Below are positions 9,121-18,061 of a stretch of 64,000 bases of DNA, piece by piece; the stretch's first letter is position 1; the number at the start of each line of letters is the position of its first letter. A model generated the notes under the pieces. It searched no databases, had not been told where the DNA came from, and worked only from the letters and a program-made list of their open reading frames with translations. The translations under genes were made by a program, and so were the position numbers. The stretch lies in contig JAZLKE010000030.1 in NCBI GenBank assembly GCA_045597505.1, forward strand, positions 2,042-66,041, read 5' to 3'. The stretch comes from Clostridia bacterium. GTDB taxonomy: Bacteria > Bacillota > Clostridia > Christensenellales > UBA1242.

Positions 9121-9741
9121 ATGCAAGTTGCAATTTCGATTGAACCATATCTTGCGGTTGAAAAAGTAAAATTAACCCAATATCTTGAAGATATTGTTAA
9201 ATTAAGCCGTGATTTTGCCAAAAAAGGCGACCAAGTGGTTTTGCATTTTGATTATTTTAAGCGTAATCCCGAAGTTTTTAGTTTGGTACAAAGTTATACG
9301 GATAAAATTGCGGTTGATTTGCATTTAATGCAGAAATCTGTGCCGTCGGTAAAAGGTTTTCGTTCTGTGTCGGTTGATTTAATTGACCAGCCGCAAAATA
9401 TGCCAAACATAAAAGCGGAACAAATGGGCTTTGTTTTAGATTTGGGTTGTGATTTAACGGGATACGAAGATTTGATATCAAAAGTGCCGTATATCATTGT
9501 AATGACGGTTAAATGTGGTAAATCGGGACAAATTTTCAATGAATCGGCGTTGGAATTGGTTGGCAAAGTGCGTGCTGTCAATCCGCAAGCGGTAATTATT
9601 ATTGATGGTGGCGTGAATGAAAGTAATATATATAAGTTGCAAAATGCGGGTGTAAACGTGGCTGTGGTAGGAAATTACGCCAAAAAATGTTACGAAAATG
9701 GCGAATTGGCAATAGGTATAAATAGATTGTTGCATAATTAA
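9121..9741 (+). CDS. Ribulose-phosphate 3-epimerase-like TIM-barrel protein (divergent)
   Basis: SD GGAGGA before ATG 9121. It retains the Rpe-like elements LHFD, VDLHLM, IVMTV..G.SGQ.F and IIDGGVNESN, but the MDG-FVPN segment is replaced by YFKRNPEV. Confidence 0.55.
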   Translation: MQVAISIEPYLAVEKVKLTQYLEDIVKLSRDFAKKGDQVVLHFDYFKRNPEVFSLVQSYTDKIAVDLHLMQKSVPSVKGFRSVSVDLIDQPQNMPNIKAEQMGFVLDLGCDLTGYEDLISKVPYIIVMTVKCGKSGQIFNESALELVGKVRAVNPQAVIIIDGGVNESNIYKLQNAGVNVAVVGNYAKKCYENGELAIGINRLLHN

Positions 9742-9765
9742 AAATTGTATGTTATATTACTTTCC
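9730..9765 (+). promoter_or_regulatory. Predicted sigma-70 promoter of rpmB (leaderless)
   Basis: TTGCAT (9730..9735), 17 nt spacer, TATATT (9753..9758), 7 nt, ATG 9766. No SD. Confidence 0.6.
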
Positions 9766-9954
9766 ATGAGCAGAGTATGTGATTTATGCGGCAAAGACAA
9801 ATTGGCAGGTAACACTGTTTCTCACAGTAACCGCCGCGCACCAAAAAAGAGTGTGCCAAATTTGCAAAAAGAAACTATCACTTTTGATGATGGTGCAAAA
9901 GTTACTTTGAAAGTTTGTACAAAATGCAAAAAAACTTTAAATAAAGTTGGGTAA
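9766..9954 (+). CDS. rpmB: 50S ribosomal protein L28
   Basis: MSRVCDLCGKDKLAGNTVSHSNRRAPKKSVPNLQ is the L28 signature. The start was moved from 9745 to ATG 9766. Confidence 0.9.
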   Translation: MSRVCDLCGKDKLAGNTVSHSNRRAPKKSVPNLQKETITFDDGAKVTLKVCTKCKKTLNKVG

Positions 9955-9958
9955 TTAA

Positions 9959-10300
9959 ATGGCAGTAAGCACTTCAAATTTATACGGTAACATCGCAATT
10001 TCGCGTAAAGCGATCCGCACAGTTGCGGGAGTCGCTGCTTTGGAATGTTACGGTATTTGGGGTGTGGGTCGTAAACGCATTGTGCGTAACGTTGCCAGTG
10101 ATATCAGTTTGCGTAACGGTGTTCGCGTCTGGGTTAGCAAAAACAAGGTCGGTATTTATATTGACCTGATTATTTGTTTTGGTATGCCTTTGGACGCGAT
10201 TATCAATTCGGTACGTAATACGATTAAATACCGTGTCGAGAATTTTACCGGCATGGAAGTTTTGTTTGTTGATATCCGAGTGATGGGTATCCGTAAGTGA
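9959..10300 (+). CDS. Asp23/Gls24-family alkaline-shock protein (YloU-like)
   Basis: Size, the IAISRKAIRTVAGVAALECYG motif, and the conserved position between rpmB and the DAK2 gene. Confidence 0.8.
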   Translation: MAVSTSNLYGNIAISRKAIRTVAGVAALECYGIWGVGRKRIVRNVASDISLRNGVRVWVSKNKVGIYIDLIICFGMPLDAIINSVRNTIKYRVENFTGMEVLFVDIRVMGIRK

Positions 10301-10327
10301 AAGAGACAAGAAAGGAATTAAATTAAA

Positions 10328-12073
10328 ATGAATAAAACGACAGTGAAAAAAACAACTTCGACAAGTTCAGCTAAAAAAACGACTAAGTCAACCAGTACTA
10401 AAACTGTAAAAAAGGTTGATAACAACGAAAAAGCTCCGATTACTTCAATTTCGGTTGCGATGTTGAAACGCATGTTCTTGGGTGCGTACAACTTGTTGGA
10501 TAAAAACAAGGAATACATTAACAGTATGAATGTTTTCCCTGTTCCAGATGGTGATACGGGTTTGAATATGAGTTTAACCATGCGTACCGCAATGACGGAA
10601 GTCGAAAACGTTGCCAATAATTTGGTGGAATTGACCGACGGTATTGCGCGTGGTGCTTTGAAAGGTGCGCGCGGTAACAGTGGCGTGATTACCAGTCAGA
10701 TTTTGAAAGGTATGATGTCGGTTTTTGGTAAAATTGGTAATGGTAAACTTACCACTCGCGTGTTTGCGGCAGCCATGACCGAAGGTGCGAAAACCGCTTA
10801 TGCGGCCGTTACTTTACCTAAAGAAGGTACTATTTTGACGGTTATCCGTGTAATGGCGGAAGAAGCCGAAAAAATTGCGCGTAATACCAGTGATTTTGTT
10901 GTATTTTTGCAAAAAGTCATTGATGCTGGTGAAGTTATTTTGGCTAAAACTCCAGAAATGTTGCCTGTTTTGAAAAAAGCTGGCGTTGTGGACTCGGGTG
11001 GTCGCGGTTTAATTACTATTTTCATGGGCTTGTTGGCAACTTTGGAAGGCAATTTGGAAATTAAAGAGTTGAAAAAAGATACGGATACTATGGTTTTCCG
11101 TGATACTGCCGATGAAGTTGCCGAAATTGAAGACATCAGCGAGATTGAATTTGCTTATTGTACCGAATTTTTTGTGGTTAATATTAAGAAAACGACTACT
11201 ATGGCCAGCATTGATAAATTCCGTGTGCGTTTGATGGAATTGGGCGACAGCGTAATTTGTGTTGGCGATTTGAACATGGTTAAAGTTCACGTACACACCA
11301 ATACGCCAAATTTGGCTTTGGGTGCGGCTCTGGAATTAGGTGAAATTACCAAAATTAAGATTGAAAACATGTTGGAACAAAACCGTGAATTGCGTAACAG
11401 TCGTAACATTCCAGATAAAGAACAAGGTATGGTTCAAGTGGCGACTGGCGAAGGCGTTTGCAGTTTGTTACGTGATTTGGGTGTTGATTTTGTGATTAAA
11501 GGTGGTCAAACCAGCAATCCAAGCGCGGAAGAAATCGCGACGGCTTGCGACCGTGTTCATGCGAAGACGATTTTTGTCTTCCCGAATAATAAAAACATTC
11601 TTTTGGCAGCTATGAATGCGCAATCTTTGACCAAGAAAAATATCGTAATTATTCCTACTAAGAGTGTTTGTGAAGGTATTTCTTCTGCGATTGCGTTTAC
11701 TCCAGATGCCAGCGTAGACGAAAACACCCAAACTTTCTTGGCTACCATGGAAAACGTGGTTTCGGCTTCGGTTACTTATGCAGTACGCGATACCAAAATG
11801 GATAATTTGGATATTAAGAAAGGCGATATTATTGGGCTGGACGAAAAATCAATTGTGGCCAAGGGTAAAAATCCGAATGAAGTTGCCATGAAATTGTGTG
11901 AAATTTTGATGAAAGACACAATGTGTGCAATTACCATTTACTACGGCGAAGATATTAAAGAATCTGATGCGCAAATGTTGGGCGAAAAAGTTCAAAGCAA
12001 ATTTGCGACAGCCGATGTCAACGTGGTAAACGGCGGTCAAAACATTTATTATTACTTAATCGCTTTGGAATAA
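10328..12073 (+). CDS. DAK2 domain-containing protein (YloV-like)
   Basis: LNVFPVPDGDTGLNM and GARGNSGVI Dak2 motifs, with a DegV-like C-terminal half. ~40 aa Lys/Thr/Ser-rich N-terminal extension. Confidence 0.85.
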   Translation: MNKTTVKKTTSTSSAKKTTKSTSTKTVKKVDNNEKAPITSISVAMLKRMFLGAYNLLDKNKEYINSMNVFPVPDGDTGLNMSLTMRTAMTEVENVANNLVELTDGIARGALKGARGNSGVITSQILKGMMSVFGKIGNGKLTTRVFAAAMTEGAKTAYAAVTLPKEGTILTVIRVMAEEAEKIARNTSDFVVFLQKVIDAGEVILAKTPEMLPVLKKAGVVDSGGRGLITIFMGLLATLEGNLEIKELKKDTDTMVFRDTADEVAEIEDISEIEFAYCTEFFVVNIKKTTTMASIDKFRVRLMELGDSVICVGDLNMVKVHVHTNTPNLALGAALELGEITKIKIENMLEQNRELRNSRNIPDKEQGMVQVATGEGVCSLLRDLGVDFVIKGGQTSNPSAEEIATACDRVHAKTIFVFPNNKNILLAAMNAQSLTKKNIVIIPTKSVCEGISSAIAFTPDASVDENTQTFLATMENVVSASVTYAVRDTKMDNLDIKKGDIIGLDEKSIVAKGKNPNEVAMKLCEILMKDTMCAITIYYGEDIKESDAQMLGEKVQSKFATADVNVVNGGQNIYYYLIALE

Positions 12074-12115
12074 AATTGGGTTTCGACAAATTTTTGAAGA
12101 CTTTACGGCATAGTT

Positions 12116-13612
12116 TTGGTTATGCGCAATCGTAAAGTCTTTTTTACTGTGGCGGGCGTAAAGGTCGCAGTATCTGGTTTGTATCATCAAAGTCAGTTGG
12201 TTAAAGCCGACGGTTTGTATTTCGCTTTGAAGGACGGAACTTATGTTGACGAAGCTGTTAAAAACGGCGCGACCGTAATCGTCAGCCAAATTGGTGCCAA
12301 TGTACAAGTACCAAAAAATGTCCTACACATTGAAGTGGTAAATGTACGTGAAAGTATGGCTTTGGCTGCCAAAGAATTTTACGGGAATGTTGTGGATAAA
12401 ATGCGTGTGACCGCGGTCGTTGGTACTAACGGAAAAACAACCACGACCTACATCATGCAACATATTTTAGAAATGGCGACCGGAAAAAATGTCGGCGTGA
12501 TTGGTACGACGGGTGTATTAAATGCGGGTAAAACTTGGGAAGGCGTGACAACTTTGACGACGCCAGACCCGATTGATTTACACCGTGCGATGGCCTGTAT
12601 GTACCGTAATGGCGTACGTGATGTTGTGATGGAGATTTCGGCGCATGCAATTTATTATCATAAGATTGCGGGTATCAATTTTGCAGGGGTAATTTTTACC
12701 AATATTACGCAAGACCATTTAGACTTTTTTCAAACTTTTGAAAATTACAAAGATACGAAAATTGGCTTTTTTTATGATTTGAAAAATGGCGCGGTTGTCA
12801 TTAACGCCGATGATAAGTATGGCTTAGAGGTTGCCGCTGCGGTTGAAAACAAGCCTGACATTTATGCTATATCTTATTCATTGAAGCATGACACCATTGT
12901 GGGTACGGCGCAATGGGCATTTGTTGACCAAGTTAATTTATCCGTTGATGGCAGTGATTTTATTTTGGGAAAAGCTGGTGCGTGCCATTTGGCGATACCT
13001 GGGTTATATAATGTTTACAATGCAGTGGCGGCGGCGTTATTGGCCAGTCATTATGGTGTGAATTGGGTAACAATTAAAGAAGCCTTAGCGACGGTGCCGG
13101 CGGTACCTGGACGGTTTAATTTATACGAAATTCACGGTGTACATGCGATAATTGATTATGCGCACACGCCGGACGGATTAGAAAAGTTATTGGAAAATGC
13201 GCGGGCAATTTTACCGCAGTCGGCGCGGTTGTTAGTCGTGTTTGGGTGTGGCGGAGATCGTGACCGATTAAAGCGACCTAAGATGGGCGCGATTGCGTAT
13301 CGTTTGGCAGACTATGTAATTTTGACCAGTGATAATCCGCGTACGGAAGACCCAGAAGCCATTATTGACGAAATTGAACGTGGAATTAAAACCATGAATG
13401 TTAATACTTTGAACCAACATTTGAACGGAACCGAATTTAAATACGCGCGCATGGCTGACCGTACCCAGGCGATAGAATATGCGTTTAGTCAAGCTAAGTC
13501 TGGTGACATGGTGGTTATTGCGGGAAAAGGTCACGAAAACTATATGGAAATTAACCACCAAAAAATTCCGTATATGGACAGCAAAGTGTTAGATAATATT
13601 TTACGGAGGTAA
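12116..13612 (+). CDS. murE: UDP-MurNAc-L-Ala-D-Glu:meso-diaminopimelate ligase
   Basis: Mur ligase P-loop GTNGKTTT. The DNPR motif (LTSDNPRTEDP) is typical of DAP-adding MurE. Confidence 0.9.
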   Translation: MVMRNRKVFFTVAGVKVAVSGLYHQSQLVKADGLYFALKDGTYVDEAVKNGATVIVSQIGANVQVPKNVLHIEVVNVRESMALAAKEFYGNVVDKMRVTAVVGTNGKTTTTYIMQHILEMATGKNVGVIGTTGVLNAGKTWEGVTTLTTPDPIDLHRAMACMYRNGVRDVVMEISAHAIYYHKIAGINFAGVIFTNITQDHLDFFQTFENYKDTKIGFFYDLKNGAVVINADDKYGLEVAAAVENKPDIYAISYSLKHDTIVGTAQWAFVDQVNLSVDGSDFILGKAGACHLAIPGLYNVYNAVAAALLASHYGVNWVTIKEALATVPAVPGRFNLYEIHGVHAIIDYAHTPDGLEKLLENARAILPQSARLLVVFGCGGDRDRLKRPKMGAIAYRLADYVILTSDNPRTEDPEAIIDEIERGIKTMNVNTLNQHLNGTEFKYARMADRTQAIEYAFSQAKSGDMVVIAGKGHENYMEINHQKIPYMDSKVLDNILRR

Positions 13613-13614
13613 GG

Positions 13615-14595
13615 TTGGATTTTAAGGCGGATTTATGGCTGGTGTTAATTGCGTTCGCGTTGGCAGTTGTCGCGGGATTGATTTTAATTCCGTGGTTAAA
13701 ACGATTGAAGGCTGGTCAAAACATTTTGAAATATGTGGATATGCACGTTGCTAAAAATGGCACGCCTACTATGGGCGGGTTAATTTTCATGTTGCCGATT
13801 GTGTTAATTGCGGTTGTGTTTATCGGCTGGGATACGCCACTTAGTTTGATTATCGTGGTGGCCAGTTGTGGGTACGGAATTGTCGGTTTTTTGGACGATT
13901 TTTTGAAAATTAAACATCACCAAAATTTGGGCTTACGGGCTTATCAAAAGATTATTGGGCAATTAGGAATTGCTTTGTTGGTGGCGGTATTTTATTTACG
14001 TATCAATCCAAGTGGTGAAATTTGGGTACCGTTTGTTAATGTGTTTTGGCAAATTGGCGGCGTGGGAATTTTTGTTTTGACACTGTTGGTGTTGATTGCA
14101 ACAACTAATGCGGTTAATTTAACCGATGGATTGGACGGTTTGGCAGGTACAACTTCGTTGATTTATTTATTGTTTATTTATGCGTTAATTGCGCTGACCG
14201 ATATTGGCGACGAAGTAACAACTGTGGGTAATTTAATTGCGGTCGCGGTTGGTAGTTTGTTGGGTTATTTGTTGTTTAACACGAATAAGGCTTCGGTATT
14301 TATGGGTGATACTGGTTCGTTGTTTTTGGGTGGATTTATTGCGATGGTGTCGTTATTTAGTGGCTTAGGCTTCGCGCTGTTGTTTTTAGGTGTGGTTTTT
14401 GTGTGGTCGGCGTTAAGCACAATTTTGCAAGTTGGTTGGTTCAAGATTACCAAAGGAAAACGTATTTTTCGCATGGCGCCATTTCATCATCATTTGGAAA
14501 AATGCGGAATGCGTGAGTCCAAAATTGTTGCGGTTTATGCGGCGGTAACGGTCATTATGGGCATTGTGTTGGTTTTGTCTGTGATGTATGTTTAA
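13615..14595 (+). CDS. mraY: Phospho-N-acetylmuramoyl-pentapeptide transferase
   Basis: TTG start after GGAGGTAAGG. MraY motifs GTPTMGG, NAVNLTDGLDGLA, MGDTGSLFLGG, APFHHHLE. Confidence 0.95.
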   Translation: MDFKADLWLVLIAFALAVVAGLILIPWLKRLKAGQNILKYVDMHVAKNGTPTMGGLIFMLPIVLIAVVFIGWDTPLSLIIVVASCGYGIVGFLDDFLKIKHHQNLGLRAYQKIIGQLGIALLVAVFYLRINPSGEIWVPFVNVFWQIGGVGIFVLTLLVLIATTNAVNLTDGLDGLAGTTSLIYLLFIYALIALTDIGDEVTTVGNLIAVAVGSLLGYLLFNTNKASVFMGDTGSLFLGGFIAMVSLFSGLGFALLFLGVVFVWSALSTILQVGWFKITKGKRIFRMAPFHHHLEKCGMRESKIVAVYAAVTVIMGIVLVLSVMYV

Positions 14596-14619
14596 GCGTC
14601 CGCTTTCATAAGCATAACT

Positions 14620-15924
14620 ATGAAAGCAAAAATTATTGGGTACGGAGTCAGCGGTAAAGCTGCAGAAAGTTACTTGGTCGCACGTGGTGTGGAAACTGTG
14701 GTGGTGGCTGATGCAAATGAAAAAGTGTCGGGCGGATATGATTTTTGTGTGGTTTCGCCTGGTGTACCGATGAAGCAGATTTACGAGAGTGTGCCAGTAA
14801 TTCCCGAAGTTGATTTGCCATTTTATTGTGAATCAAAAATTAAACCGCGTTGTTTGGTGGCGGTAACAGGCACTAATGGTAAAACGACAGTTGTAAATCA
14901 AATTTACCGCATGTGTCAGTTGGCTGAACAAAAGTCGGTTTTATGTGGTAATGTGGGTGTACCAGTATCGCGCGTGGCAAAAAAGTTACACAAGGCAATT
15001 GTTGTGATGGAAGTATCTTCGTTTATGTTGGAACAAACGCAAAGGCTACATCCACACATCGCAGTTTTAACGAATATTACGGCTGACCATTTAGACCGAC
15101 ATATCACGATGGAAAACTACATGCAATGTAAAGCCCGTATTGCGGAACGACAGACACGGCGTGATTGGTTGGTAATAAATTATGATGACCTGAACGCGCG
15201 TCAGATTGGCTTGTCAATACAAAAGGAACGTCGTTCGAGTGTGATTTGGTACAGCTTACAGCAAGCGGTAAAAGGCTATTTTGTACAGGACGGAAAAGTT
15301 TACGAAAAGTTAGGACGACGGGCGCGAATGTTGGGCGCGGTCAGTGAGTTAGGTGGTATGGCACATACTGTTTCTAATGCTTTGGCGGTAATCGCGGTCG
15401 GACGCAAATTAAAGTTGCCTTTGAGTAAAATTTGGCAGGCATGTTATTATCAACCGCAGGCACACCGAATGGAGTTGGTTGCGGACCAGCATGGTGTGGC
15501 GTTTTATAACGACAGTAAGGCTACCAATATGGCGGCAACTTTGGCGGCGGCACGGTCAGTTAAGTTACCAACTTGTTTGATATTGTGTGGATTAAGTAAG
15601 GGGCAAGACTACCACGAATTATTATCACAATTGCCAGATACGGTGGAACATGTATTAGTGTTTGGTAAGATTACTGAACCAGTGATGACGGTGGCGCAAA
15701 CGTTAGGATTAAAAAATGTCACATCAGTCGTGGATTTACCAACAGCGGTAAAACGTGCTGCACAAATGGTTACGCGACCCGGTGTGGTACTGTTTAGTCC
15801 TAGTGGCAGTAGTTTTGATATGTTTGCTAATTACGAACACCGTGGCGATGAATTCAAAAAGTTTGTTGTTGAACTTATCAATCAAGCGCCACAATGTTTG
15901 CACCCAGTTGACGTAAATCTTTAA
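14620..15924 (+). CDS. murD: UDP-N-acetylmuramoylalanine:D-glutamate ligase
   Basis: N-terminal Rossmann GYGVSGKA, P-loop GTNGKTT, DSKATN motif. The 3' end overlaps convergent murA by 47 nt. Confidence 0.9.
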   Translation: MKAKIIGYGVSGKAAESYLVARGVETVVVADANEKVSGGYDFCVVSPGVPMKQIYESVPVIPEVDLPFYCESKIKPRCLVAVTGTNGKTTVVNQIYRMCQLAEQKSVLCGNVGVPVSRVAKKLHKAIVVMEVSSFMLEQTQRLHPHIAVLTNITADHLDRHITMENYMQCKARIAERQTRRDWLVINYDDLNARQIGLSIQKERRSSVIWYSLQQAVKGYFVQDGKVYEKLGRRARMLGAVSELGGMAHTVSNALAVIAVGRKLKLPLSKIWQACYYQPQAHRMELVADQHGVAFYNDSKATNMAATLAAARSVKLPTCLILCGLSKGQDYHELLSQLPDTVEHVLVFGKITEPVMTVAQTLGLKNVTSVVDLPTAVKRAAQMVTRPGVVLFSPSGSSFDMFANYEHRGDEFKKFVVELINQAPQCLHPVDVNL

Positions 15925-17209
15925 CAATGTCTTGGTGACCGCGGTAAATGTATTCGGCGTGGTCGATGGTGGTTGTGCCTGAGGCAGCCAAAGCGGCGAT
16001 GACCAGTGCCACACCTCCGCGTAAATCTTGGGCGGTAACGCGTACGCCTGTACAAGTTGACTGGGCGGGAATATGGTAGGAACTGGGACAGAGATTAGGT
16101 GTCGTGGCGCCGTGAAGCGTGGATACGCCTGTAATTTGAGCTTGGTTGTGCGTTACGATAATTTGGGCGCCGAGTTTATTTAGTTCAGGAACGTAACGGA
16201 AGCGATTTTCAAAAAGGTTTTCTGTAATGGTAGAGTGACCCGCTGTTAAAGCGGCGAGTACACAAAATTGACTTTGTAGGTCGGTGGGGAAACCTGGGTA
16301 TGGTGCGGTATGTACATTGAAATTGGTTTTGCGGTGGCGGTTCATTACAATGTGAATTGTGTCGTCGGTGGTGGTGATTTTAGCACCGACGGTTTTTAAT
16401 TTGTTAAGTAAGTTCAAATTATGGCTGGGGATTGTGTTGGTTAATGTGACGTCGCCACCCGTAGTTGCAATGGCGATTAAATACGAGCCTGTATTGATAC
16501 GGTCGGGAATGGGTGTATAGGTTGTACCGTGTAATTTATCTACGCTGTGGATTGTGATGGTGTCTGTGCCTGCGCCATGAATTTGTGCGCCACATTGATT
16601 TAAGAATTGGCACAAATCCACAATTTCGGGTTCTTTTGCGGCGCCGTGAATGATATATGTGTTGCCAGTAATGCCGAGTGCTGTGGCTTGAATAATGTTT
16701 TCGGTTGCACCGACCGAAGGAAAATCTAAGGTTAAAATAGTGGGTTTACGGTGTTTATGTGGTCGGTAAGTTGCGGATATAGTGTCGTTGGAACAATGAC
16801 ATTTAACACCAATTTGACGCAGTAAAGTTAAGTGCAAATCGATTGGTCGACTGCCAATGGCACAACCACCTGGGAACGGTAATTCGACTTTGCCTAATCG
16901 TGAAAGCATGGCACCCATGACAAAAATACTGCCACGAATCTTGGGCGCGGCTTGACGGTTAATTTGGTGGGTATAAATTTGATCAATATCAATTTTGACC
17001 GTGTCGCCTTGAATATTGACGGTACAACCTAAGTCCGCCAAAATATGCAACATTTGTCTTAAATCGGATAGTTTCGGGACGTCGTGTAGTGTGACTGTGC
17101 CGTGAACCATCAGACACGCGGTCATGATGGGAAGTAGGCTGTTTTTGGCACCCGACATGCGTAAAGTTCCTTGCAAGCGGTTACCCCCGATGATTTGAAT
17201 TTGTGACAT
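15878..17209 (-). CDS. murA: UDP-N-acetylglucosamine 1-carboxyvinyltransferase
   Basis: MSQIQIIGGNRLQGTLRMSGAKNS N-terminus, active-site loop PGGCAIGSRPIDLH, full-length EPSP-synthase fold. Confidence 0.95.
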   Translation of the reverse strand: MSQIQIIGGNRLQGTLRMSGAKNSLLPIMTACLMVHGTVTLHDVPKLSDLRQMLHILADLGCTVNIQGDTVKIDIDQIYTHQINRQAAPKIRGSIFVMGAMLSRLGKVELPFPGGCAIGSRPIDLHLTLLRQIGVKCHCSNDTISATYRPHKHRKPTILTLDFPSVGATENIIQATALGITGNTYIIHGAAKEPEIVDLCQFLNQCGAQIHGAGTDTITIHSVDKLHGTTYTPIPDRINTGSYLIAIATTGGDVTLTNTIPSHNLNLLNKLKTVGAKITTTDDTIHIVMNRHRKTNFNVHTAPYPGFPTDLQSQFCVLAALTAGHSTITENLFENRFRYVPELNKLGAQIIVTHNQAQITGVSTLHGATTPNLCPSSYHIPAQSTCTGVRVTAQDLRGGVALVIAALAASGTTTIDHAEYIYRGHQDIVKDLRQLGANIVALD

Positions 17210-17224
17210 TAATTCATATTATGT

Positions 17225-17263
17225 TTGACCAAGTTGACGGTGTGACTTATAATTGTTATTGAG
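17225..17263 (+). promoter_or_regulatory. Predicted sigma-70 promoter of the ftsQ-like gene (near-leaderless)
   Basis: TTGACC (17225..17230), 17 nt spacer, TATAAT (17248..17253), 10 nt, ATG 17264. No SD. Confidence 0.6.
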
Positions 17264-18061
17264 ATGAAAACTAGGGTTTTGTTAATCATGCTAATCATTT
17301 TTGTCGTGTTGGCAGGAATTTGCATTACCTGTGGTACAGTTTTTGTGGTACGCGAAATCGAAGTGGAAGACCAAACCGTGATGTCCGCCAATCCTTTAAG
17401 TGATGATGAAAAAAATGCGCTGATTGAAAAATGTGGTTTGAACGGGAAAAGTATTTTATTTAATTTGAACCAAGATAAAATTGCCACCAATGTGAAAGCG
17501 GTTAACCCGATGTTCAAATTGCAAAATGTTGTGGCAAAATTTCCGAACCATGTGACCTTGGTGATTTCACGTCGTGTGCCAAAGTTTGTGGATAATAATC
17601 ATGTTTATGATGCGGAAATGTGTATTGTGGGTAGCGGAATGGATGCGGACTTGGTAAATATTAGCACTGTTAATTTGCGCTTAAAAGATGGGTTGAATGC
17701 AGGTGATTTGGCGGTTGGTGCTGATGACGCCACTAATTGCAAAATTGAACAGTTAAAAGTGGTTGCGGATTATTTTCAATCGTTAGAAGGCTTTGAAATT
17801 AGTTATGATGATACCGTTGGCGAAATTGGTAGCGGTAAGTGTTTATGTTTGTGGTTGAAAATTAAAGCTGATGTGACTTTCAAAATCAAGATTGGGTTGC
17901 ATGATAATTTCCGTCATGCGTTAGATTATACTTACCACGTGTATACCGATGCGGACAAGGCCAATCAAGTTGCAGGTGTATATGAAACACTTTATCAAGA
18001 AAACAGTCATGAAAACTGTGTAACAAACGTTGGAGGCGTAAAAAATTACCGTGAAGAATGA
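17264..18061 (+). CDS. ftsQ: FtsQ/DivIB-like cell division protein (TM + POTRA)
   Basis: N-terminal TM, then a POTRA-like FVVREIEVE...ILFNLNQDKI...FPNHVTLVISRRVP segment. Position in the dcw cluster upstream of the ftsA-like gene. Confidence 0.6.
   Translation: MKTRVLLIMLIIFVVLAGICITCGTVFVVREIEVEDQTVMSANPLSDDEKNALIEKCGLNGKSILFNLNQDKIATNVKAVNPMFKLQNVVAKFPNHVTLVISRRVPKFVDNNHVYDAEMCIVGSGMDADLVNISTVNLRLKDGLNAGDLAVGADDATNCKIEQLKVVADYFQSLEGFEISYDDTVGEIGSGKCLCLWLKIKADVTFKIKIGLHDNFRHALDYTYHVYTDADKANQVAGVYETLYQENSHENCVTNVGGVKNYREE

Noticed and set aside
12080-12089. TTTCGACAAA upstream of murE, identical to a 10-mer in the 57.7-kb repeat array (opposite strand)
   Set aside because: GTCGAAA/TTTCGAC strings also occur repeatedly inside coding regions (for example near 19404, 42640, 58372 and 62010). 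A single extra copy is not evidence of a shared regulon.
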